A model generated the notes under the pieces. It made no database searches. It was not told where the DNA came from and worked only from the letters and a program-made list of their open reading frames with translations. The position numbers and the translations under genes were made by a program. This document shows positions 53,281-64,000 of a DNA stretch of 64,000 bases, piece after piece. Every line of letters begins with the position of its first letter. Position 1 is the stretch's first letter. The stretch covers positions 61,070,001-61,134,000 of the forward strand of contig OX597816.1 of assembly GCA_951406725.2 (NCBI GenBank), in the 5' to 3' direction. This DNA is from Octopus vulgaris (taxonomy: Eukaryota).

Positions 53281-53670
53281 CTCTTTTACTTGTTTCAGTC
53301 ATTTGACTGCGGCCATGCTGGAGCCACGCCTTTAATCGAGCAACTCGACCCCAGGACTTATTCTTTTGTAAGCCCAGTACTTATTCTGTCGGTCTGTTTT
53401 GCCGAACCGCTAAGTAACGGGAATATAAACACACCAGCATCGGTTGTCAAGCAATGCTAGGGGGACAGACACACAAACACACACACGCACATACATATAA
53501 ATACATATATACGACGGGCTTCTTTCAGTTTCCGTCTACCAAATCCACTCACAAGGCTTTGGTCGGCCCGAGGCTATAGTAGAAGACACTTGCCCAAAGT
53601 GCCACGCAGTGGGACTGAACCCGGAACCATGTGGTTGGTAAACAAGCTATTTACCATACAGCCGCTCCTG
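53281..53670 (-). mobile_element. family A SINE
   Basis: Reverse copy about 5 bp from the tail of the previous one. Confidence 0.88.
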
Positions 53671-53674
53671 ATAT

Positions 53675-53708
<34 letters not shown>

Positions 53709-53759
53709 ATATACATACATACATATATACATACATACATACATATATACATATATACA

Positions 53760-53791
<32 letters not shown>

Positions 53792-53828
53792 CATACATAT
53801 ATACATATATATATACATACATATATAT

Positions 53829-53861
<33 letters not shown>

Positions 53862-53893
53862 ACAAAGTTGAGTTGTGGGGTATCGCACGAGTG

Positions 53894-53929
<36 letters not shown>

Positions 53930-54086
53930 CATTAAATTGAATAATGGTGGAAAGCATTGGGTTTATAAAATAAATCTTTATTCAACTTTATCACTCGAAA
54001 CCCCGGGATTTTTTCACAGAACCCACTTTGAGAATCCTTTTGCTAGACTACATCATCTAATAAATTAATTAAGACGATATGTCGTC

Positions 54087-56241
54087 TTTTTAGGGAGAAT
54101 TTGGCTGCTGTTTCTAGCAAGTTGAACTACCCTTGAAATGTCGCTTGTATTATTTGACTTTTTGGGAGGAAGAGCGTAATTTAACACAATCCTATCCATT
54201 ACGAAGAAAAAGATATTGATAAATATCTCTTAGAAGTGCATTATTTTATTAGTACTGTTTCTTGAAGGCGGCGAGCTGGGAGAAATGTTTAGCGGCATTT
54301 CGTCTGTCTTTGCGTTCTGAGTTCACGTTCCGCTGAGATCAATTTAACCATTTGATGAGCGATTAAATAAGTACCATTTGCGTCCTGGGATCGATATCAT
54401 CAACTTACTTAAATCCCCCAAAATTTCAGGATTGTGCTTAAAACACAAAGCATTATCAGTGCCGTTTCTTTTACTTCTGCTAAAAATTGAATAATAGCTC
54501 AAGAAGAAATCTTTTAAATCCTTCAAACACGGCGCCAATACTTGATTAAAGAATGCAATGTTGCTTAACCCCAAGTCAGCCTATATCCTGCAAACGTCTC
54601 GAAAGGATACGGACGGGACCATCCTGTCTTCTTAGGGACTTTAGGACTACATTAACGTGTCCTTCCCTTTTCTAAAAGCAGTATTATGTAACCTGGCTGC
54701 TATTTCTCGCCCGTATGATAAATACAACTGTCAATGACAGTTGGTGCAGAAAGCGGGCGTGAATGTAAAGAAAGAATTACTTTCTTCTGCGCTTACTGAA
54801 CTGAACTTACGAAGTTTGGGCGCTTCTCCTTTGTTATTTCACATTTCAATCTTTGTCTCACAATTCTTTAAAAAAAGATCTTAGATATTTTCTTTTCTTT
54901 TCTTTTTTTTTTTTTTTGCATCTAATGATAAATATCTAAACTTCAGAAACGTTAAGATTGATTTCATTTCATTTTGAAATGAAAGCAAATAACAAATAAA
55001 AATTTACCAATACTGTTTCCCTCACCGCATATTAGTTTCTACTTTAGTATTTGGTGCTCCCTTAACCAAATTGCTTTCATATTTAGGCACAAAACCAGCA
55101 AATTTACGGTAGGTATCAATCGATTACATCGGCCCCAGTGCTCAGCTGGTACTTATTGTAAATAATATCTAATTGTAACTTATTCTCTGATTGTCTTTGA
55201 TACAAGGCTAGAGAATCTGGTGGAGGGTATTGTTAATTAGCACAAAACCTTAAATATATTAACAAAGGCCAGCTTGGCGCGATTTGGACTTATCAAATAT
55301 TCGCGCCCTTTTAGCCAACAGAAATTACCGGTTCCCAGCTTATTCCTTTTCCAACCACTACTACAGATTATAACCGCCTTGTCTAGAGTGTATTGGTTGC
55401 TAGTTATGTAATGTATATGACATATATTCAACTTTAAATTTTTAACCATCTTCTCACGCCTTCCTTTCTACAATTTTCATCTAATTCCAAAAAGTGAAGT
55501 AATGTTAATTGATCGCATTATTTTCCTTATCACCGTCTAACAAAAACGAGGGTTATATTGAATAATGCGATTCTTTAGTTGCTTCAGCTAATTATAATCC
55601 ATATTTCCATACATACAGTATATGAATTGAAAAGAGGTAGTCACAGTTGGAACGCATTTGATCATAGGTCTGCTTCACTAGGACTTGTCGTTTGCTTGCC
55701 AAACGTTTCATTCTGACAGCTGTTTGTAGTCTCATTGTGCAACAAATTCTTCTCGTCCCACCAAACTCATTTTAATACGAATCCGTATTAAGTGATCTAG
55801 ACATTGTTTTGCGACCGGGTTCTTTTTCTTAGTTACAACAACAGAAAATATTCATTGAGTGGGGAATAAAAAAGCAAGAAATTCACTGGTTTCAGTAAAT
55901 TGGGCTGGAACACCACCTAAAGTTTTTAGTTGAAATTATCGATTCTGTTTAGCAGGGTTAATTTGCTTTTGGCGTAAAGGGGCCTACCATAATATATGCG
56001 AATAATCTATAAAGAAAGGACCACTGACTGATTAGCATCAAGCCGTTAACTGAACCAACTTAGTTGCTCGACCTGCTAGAAATAGCAGCTGTACGTTGTT
56101 GTTTTTTTTAATGAACTTAGGTTCCTTTCACCTGAAAAAGGTAGGATGGTTATGGCTAGAATGTTTTTGTACCACGACTAGCCTCCACCTTTCGAATCTG
56201 ATCCATGCCACTCATGCACCCCTACCCTTATGGTCCATATT
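54087..56241 (-). repeat. right arm of ~2.15-kb inverted segmental duplication
   Basis: Reverse complement of 46447-48588; the ORF track also shows the same MNLGSFHLKKVGW.. peptide on opposite strands. Confidence 0.93.
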
Positions 56242-56798
56242 ATATCCACCACGTCACGAGCTAACCACAAAGCAGTTATCCCAGTTGAGCCTAAGTCAGT
56301 GCTCTTTGATCTAAGGGCGGACTAGGAACCCTTCCTTTACACTAAAAGAAAAAAACTCCATCTACCAAGTTACAATGAAGCTATTAATTTAACTGGCACT
56401 ACAAAAGGGATCGCTTAAGGTGACACGGGGTGGAAACAAAACGTGGAAATTCTTCTCTTTAGTGAAATTCAATTATCTGAAAAAATGTTTTTTTACATCC
56501 GGCCGTACGAAAAACATCTAGATAAAACTTGGTTTTGGATATTTTACCTCATTACTAAAAATTCCACCATACTAATAGCGAAATACCTTTGCTGTAGACA
56601 TGAATGGGTAAACAAGAATACTTAACATGTATACAAATGTTTGCCTCAGTTTGTCATGCGTTTAGGGAAGTGATAAGATTCTAGACAATATATTAATTGC
56701 AAATCATATAGTTCAAGGTTAAAACGCACAGTAAAGTAACAATATAAAGCAAATCTTATTACATGGGTCAGGAGAATGATTAACAATAAAATATAAGT

Positions 56799-56814
56799 GG
56801 CCCTGAAAAGGGCC
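56799..56814 (-). terminator. histone 3' stem-loop (H4)
   Basis: GGCCCT-TTTC-AGGGCC on the minus strand, canonical. Confidence 0.95.
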
Positions 56815-56834
56815 GTATAGAAGCTAAATTTAGT

Positions 56835-57813
<979 letters not shown>

Positions 57814-57838
57814 TTTTTTTTTATTTATTCAGTCCCAC

Positions 57839-57854
57839 GGCCCTTTCCAGGGCC
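57839..57854 (+). terminator. histone 3' stem-loop (H3)
   Basis: GGCCCT-TTCC-AGGGCC; loop position 3 is C. Confidence 0.88.
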
Positions 57855-58059
57855 ATTTATTTTCTGAGAAAGTGTCCCGCATATTAAGTGATTTGTGATT
57901 TCTAATATATTCTCTAATATACAGTTTACCAAAGGGGTTGTTTTTTTAAAATTCAGAATCCCTATTAATGAATTCTATACGTACGTAAGCAGTTAAGTAA
58001 TCATTGAAATAAAGTTTCTTCGCCTGTTTTGTGCAGGGAGAAGACAATTATTTAGCTTC

Positions 58060-58413
58060 AGTGGCTGTGTGGTAAGTAGCTTGTTTACCAACCACATGGT
58101 TCCGGGTTCAGTACCACTGAGTGGCACTTTGGGCAAGTGTCTTCTACTATAGCCTCGGGTCGACCAAAGACTTGTGAGTGGATTTGGTAGACGGAAACTG
58201 AAAGAAGCCCGTCGTATATATATGTATATATGTGTGTGTGCCCCCAACATCACTTGACAACCGATGTTGGTATGTTTACGTCACTGTAACTTAGCGGTTC
58301 GGCAAAAGAACCGATAGAATAGGTACTAGGCTTACAAAGAATAAGTCCTGGGGTCGACTTGCTCGACTAAAGGCGGTGCTCTAGCATGGCCGCAGTCAAA
58401 GAGTAAAAAGAGT
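58060..58413 (+). mobile_element. family A SINE
   Basis: Body and tail match. Confidence 0.85.
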
Positions 58414-60188
58414 TAAGGAAGATTCTGGAATCCGAAGAGCTATAGATCGAAATAATTTTCCTTTTAACTAGCTAGATTCGACAAGGCTATTTAAACAAGA
58501 GGGTGATTTGGTTACCATTTTTACAAGGTCCAGCAACCACGAAGGGATGCATACGTGTCGACCATTAATCTACCTGTCGAGGTCCCATCAGTAAATTATT
58601 CAATAAATAGTAATCGATGGGAGGCTACTCTACTAACATTTTAGAAACATTGTGTCCCTTATATTCACTTGTAATTTAATGACTTATTGTCAGAAGAGGG
58701 AAGACTATGACCCTCTCGGGGGTTCCAAAAAGCTGGGAAGAAGTTATCCTCAGCCATGTCGGCGGCATGAGCACAGTGATTTCAAATCTACAAAGGCAAA
58801 TGCGTTTTTATCTGGTGAAATGACAGTTTTTAATAGTTCCTCTATGGTCTGCAAACTGAGAATCCATTATAAATTGGTAAGTTATGATTAGGTAATGGTA
58901 ATGCCGAAAGAGTATTATAAAAACGATTGAGACTACACAGAAACGACATGCTACATTTAGCAAATTTACAAATAAGTCTAAATTTAATGAAACTGGATTA
59001 ATTGCCATTTTATGGTATATTTTATAAATCAACATTCAGATATTCCAGTATGTGGTCTTTTCCATTTCGTACCGAAGGTTGTTATTTACGTACCTATTGA
59101 CAACTTTATCTAAGATGACTCTGTAATTAACCGCTAAATTACATATCTCCCGCCTAAACTTGCTCCATTCATGTCTTCGCCAGGGTCTAAATATTACAGA
59201 ATTGTTGCCTCATAGTAGGTGTTATAAGACATTTCTGTTTAAGGCAAAGACTAATTACACTGTTGGTTTTAGCAGGGACTGGAATGGTAAGTTACGATTT
59301 AAACAAACCTGGTTTGATTCGTGAAAAGTTGGCGTAAATATTCTGATAACAAAAAGTTTGGAAAGAATCAGATCGGAATTTATCTGTTATTCTAACTATA
59401 AATTCAAAGACCAACAACGACATGGTCTAATGCATCTTTCATTTTTAATACGATAGGGTTCGATTTTGAGAAAATACTGAAGATTGAGCGGCCACAAATG
59501 TTCGCGCATGGCTTGAACTTATCAAACTTGTTTATGTTAATCAGGAGGAAGCAAAACAATCTAATAGATTTTTGAAAAAGTAAGACAAAATACACTATAT
59601 TTATATCATTAACTTTTTTCTTCCTACAGCCTTCTTAAGTTCATCATTCGTAATTTCGCCAACAAGATTACGCACCTCCCGGTATCAATATTGATTTCAG
59701 TCATATGCACAAGAAAAAAAGCGGAAAGTTGCGTCGATTTTAATGATCATGGTGGAATTTTTAACTCAGAACTTGGAATACCACTCGATATTTCATCAAC
59801 CGCTCTACACTACATTTTATTATCTCTCGTACAACTGATAATATTAGGGATCTTTTCCTTTTGATGGACGGAATTTTCTAGTTAACTAAAACAATACAGT
59901 CTTCTTGGTCATTAATAATGATTATGATTTTTTGAGCAAGTCGATTCATCTTGAGAAATGAAATTTCTTTTCATATTTATATCTCCATTATTTCTGATCA
60001 TCGCTTGTCATCATAGCATTGAATATTGTCGTCTGGTATAAACTTCAAAAAGACGAGGTGATCACCGCTTGAATAATTTTGTTCTTCATTTGGTCGATCG
60101 GGACTAATAGTAGTATATTTCATATTTGGAAACTAAGTAAATTCTCAGTACTTCAAACTTTTAGCTGATCTGGAATAAAGAAATAGTT

Positions 60189-60371
60189 GGTACAATTTAA
60201 GAAGTGCGCGCACTCGCACATCCGCGCTAGCTAGTCGTGACTAGTTGATCCTTACTTTGTTTTAAAAAAAATTATTTATTTTATGTTTTATTTACTTTGC
60301 TAGGTAGTCATTGTAGGAACGACTAGCTAGCGCGAGTGCGCGCACCGGGACCACACTTCTTAAATAGTGCC
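60189..60371. mobile_element. MULE-type palindromic MITE
   Basis: TIRs GGTACAATTTAAGAAGTG / CACTTCTTAAATAGTGCC, inner CGCGCTAGCTAGTCGT / ACGACTAGCTAGCGCG; perfect 9-bp TSD GAAATAGTT. Confidence 0.85.
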
Positions 60372-60995
60372 GAAATAGTTAATCGATGTTATTGGTAAAT
60401 ATCTACGACTTCATTTAATTCTTGGTTCTCAACCAACCAATAATAGTTTCTGTACATGGTCACTTGATCTGCATAAAATAACAGCCAGATCTCTCTCGGA
60501 CGACACCACACTAAATAATGTAGTTCTTCATATACAGTAAGATGGTAAATTGGCAGTCTTTAAAGTACCGATAAAATGCCATGCGGTTTTCCGGATTTCT
60601 GCGCTGTGAGTTCAAATCCCGTTATGACTGACTACGTTTCATTCTTTCGAGGTCGACTAAATATCAATCTAATACTGAACACGATACACTTCGCTCTTAC
60701 CTTCTTTTTTTTTTTTTGTGTGTGTGTGGTAGTGGTGGTGGTTGGGATAATCTAATCCAAAGATCCAAATTAGCCATGCTGTTTCTAACTGAGAATTGCA
60801 TTAAAAGCACACACAGAATGCACATTGAACGATGTAGTCGTAGACTAGATATTAAAAAAAAAATCCGGGATGGTCGCAGCTGGAACCTTCTATCGGGGTT
60901 GATCTAGAGCAAGCCTGGCCAACACGAATTACATTGCGGACCACTTTAGTCACAGAAAGTTTTTTGAGGTTCTCTTGTATACTTTATGCACAAAA

Positions 60996-61405
60996 GGCGC
61001 AGGAGTGGCCGTGTGGTAAGTAGCTTGTTTACTAATCACATGGTTCCGGGTTCAGTCCCACTGCGTGGCACCTTGGGCAAGTGTCTTCTACTATAACCTC
61101 GGGTCGATCAAAGCCTTGTGAGAGAGGATTTGGTAGACGGAAACTGAAAGAAGCCCGTCGTATATATGTATATGTATGTATATATGTGTGTGTGCTTGTG
61201 TGTCTGAGTTTGTCCACCACCACCACCCAACATCGCTTGACAACCAATGCTGGTGTGTTTACGTCCACGTAACTTAGCGGTTCGGTAAAAGAAACCGATA
61301 GAATAAGTACTAGGCTTACAAAGAATAAGTCCTGGGGTCGATTTGCTCGACTAAAGGCGGTGCTCCAGCATGGCCGCAGTCAAATGACTGAAACAAGTAA
61401 AAGAG
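60996..61405 (+). mobile_element. family A SINE, full length
   Basis: GGCGCAGGAGTGG head through GTAAAAGAG tail. Confidence 0.9.
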
Positions 61406-61636
61406 TTATAGTCAAATAATCAAATTACAGAATCAAGAATTTTTCATTCTTTTCGTTTGTTTAAAATTTATGGAATTGCAAGCTATTGCTTTATTGCCAC
61501 TTATAAATTTTTAATTTATTTTGAAACAAATGTTTTACACACACACAAATTTATTCTGAAATTAAACACAATAAGGCGGTCACCCATTTCAAGAAAGTAT
61601 CAAGCGGGCCTCAGGTTGGCCAGTCCAGATCTGGAG

Positions 61637-62147
61637 CAATGTTTCCCAACCTACTTTCCCCCACAACTCACTGTAACTTTCTAGAAAATGTATGCCTCAC
61701 TGCTGGGTGGGAAAATTTTTTATCTTTAATATTTTTATTACAAGGCGGAGAGCTGGCAGAATCGTTCGCATGCCGGGTAAAATGTTTAGCGACGTTTCAT
61801 CCGTCTTCGTGTTCTGAGTTCAAATTCCGCCGCCGTTGACTTTGCCTGTCATCTATTTTGGGGTTCGATAAAAAAAAAAAAGTACCAGTTAAGCACTGAG
61901 AGCGATGGTAATCGACTTACTCCCTCCCACGAAATTGCTGGCCTTGTGACAAAATTTGAAATCAATATTTTATCACAACTATTTAATACGAAAGACTCTG
62001 CCAGTAACTCTTGTATCAAAATATTGATTAAGAAAAAAGAAAAAGGGAATCGCTTTAATGAGAACTTTGTGCCTGGCGACTACGACACCACGCCCTACCG
62101 TAACTTTCCCCACCGGTGGGGCATAGGCTCCACGTTGGGAATCACTG
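61637..62147. mobile_element. hAT-Charlie-like MITE with nested family B SINE (61742-61966, +)
   Basis: Termini CAATGTTTCCCAAC / GTTGGGAATCACTG; degenerate TSD ATCTGGAG / ATCAAAAG. Confidence 0.6.
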
Positions 62148-63878
62148 ATCAAAAGAAGAAAAATAACATGATGAATAAAGTATTCAGCAAAGAGAAAACG
62201 TTTAGCTATGTTGAATGATGCCAAATCTAGTTCAGCCCTGATTAGTCAGCCCCATGTTATTTACGTATAATGTGTATGTAGAATTTTCCGAGGTGTCTTT
62301 TTTTTTAAAAAAAAGATACAAAAATATAGTTTGAAAGAGATTTGTTCGCCACTTCTAGCAGATTGAGTACCATGTAATGTAATTTCCTGGTTGAAGTTCA
62401 TAAAATCATAGTGATCTAGAAAGTTTATTTCAATAAAACATTTCATAATTATAAGTGTTATAAACTCCAAACAGCAAGGGAAAGGTGAGGAAAATGTTGG
62501 ATTTATTTTGAATAGAGTTTCGCCCTGGGCACATGTGAGAATTCTTCAACAATCCACGGCGGCACACCAAGCAATACAAGTCGCTGAATCTGATAAAGAT
62601 CGAGCCAGCGTCGTAATTGTATGTTTTCGTTAATTATCTGCTGAGCTGTATTTTGTTGGGATTCACAATAAAACGAGGAGCAGCAGGGCTCGACGAGACG
62701 TGCAAATCGAATTGAAATGAAATTGAAACGAATTCGATTTTACGAACGAAAAATAAGAAATTACCCCTTATAGCTTATTTGTCTGACAAAGTAGACCTAT
62801 AATAAAAAAAAGCATCCCCTCTGTTCAGAAGTAATACATATCTAAGGGGTCTTCATTTGCTCCAGGTTGTTTTTTGGGGTCAATTTGTCAACATATTAAG
62901 AAAAGTGTACATGAGATTAAAAACAGTTTTTGTTATCTCCCTTTGACCGATGTATACCGTTTCTTTGCTCGCCACTAACTGGATATGTCTATTTAGAAAT
63001 CAAGAAAGAAAATGTGCTTAGAGCTATTTGCATAATGAAATATAACGATTGCTTAAACGAAAGAATACAAGAAATAAAACTATTTTGTAGATACATTTAA
63101 AAAAACGTATAGCCTTTAAAAAAAATTGACAATTTTATTTTTTTATAGCCTTTCATTGTTTTATTACCCTGAACATGAACTCACTTCATTGTCACCTAGC
63201 TCTTTTCTATAGAGATTTCCATCCTTTTGGAATTGGTAAAATAAAATAGCAGTCAAATACTGAGGTCGATGGTATCGACTAACCCCCTCCGCTCAAAAAT
63301 CGCTAGCCTTGCGCCTAAATCAAAAATCAATATTATCGTTGTTGATATTGAGGTTTCTGTAAATAATTTTGGGTGATCTTTCTGCCCAACTATTACATGG
63401 AAAGTTACAATTTTCTGTTCGTATATCTCAGCGACACACCGTTACACAAAAACACAATAAAAAGGACTTCTACTCTTATAAAAATTAAATATCTTATCAT
63501 GCTTAAAACTTCAGATAATTATTTCTCAACTTAAAAGAATTTAATTGGTGTCATTTTCACAAACATAAGGTATGGCCGATTTTTCAATAAAATGAAGACT
63601 AGTTTATTGTGTAATACTTGAGCAGCTGTTTTCTTTTTTATAAAACAAACTATAACTTTGATTTTGAATTATGCTAGAAATCCAAGCTTGTGTCCGGTAA
63701 CAATATATTTACCTTAATACATATATTACTTGATTTTGTTTCCTTGTAACTTTTGGTCTTAACTATCGCTCTGTGTGTGTGTACATGATCCCCGAAGAAA
63801 CTTCAAGTTGCATGAAGCCGAATCAGACTGTTTTAAACAATATTACATGTAACTGCTACTCATGCGTGTGTATGTGTG

Positions 63879-63909
<31 letters not shown>

Positions 63910-64000
63910 GGGCGGAGGGGAATTATGCGGATAAACAAATTAGATATACTAAATATAATATATTTAAGTATAAATATATATGGGTAGCAGCACGAAATTT

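Noticed and set aside
46447-56241. Composite transposon carrying histone genes
   Set aside because: No TSD, no transposon-like termini and no transposase; the arms are ordinary old repeat-containing DNA

Overview
Repeat-dense, AT-rich animal nuclear DNA, most likely an octopod cephalopod. That assignment is inferred from the heavy microsatellite load, the tRNA-derived SINE families and a NUMT that reads in the invertebrate mitochondrial code. The only intact protein-coding genes are four intronless replication-dependent core histones in two divergent pairs, H2B/H2A (49.7-50.7 kb) and H4/H3 (56.8-57.8 kb). Each has a 3' stem-loop, and no H1 is present. A dispersed tRNA-Gly(TCC) cluster (3 identical intact genes, 2 pseudogenes) lies at 2.8-19.6 kb. 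The rest is SINEs, MITEs and DNA transposon relics (mariner, maT, pogo, hAT, piggyBac, MULE-like, Helitron, Crypton-like), LINE/LTR relics, an ND1 NUMT, a 28S rRNA fragment and simple repeats. Nearly all other ORFs in the track are microsatellite or SINE artefacts. Main observations: (1) ~2.15-kb inverted repeats bracket the H2A/H2B pair, with junctions that fit a staggered-break inversion; (2) a position-conserved, pyrimidine-rich TCAT(T)CTC motif lies where the histone downstream element would be expected; (3) H2A has an SARGK N-terminus and H3 has A98S; (4) a 785-bp foldback element carries telomeric repeats; (5) there is a minimal hammerhead-ribozyme motif and an unexplained ~28-bp periodic motif array. 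Repeat boundaries were read by eye and are approximate unless a TSD is quoted.
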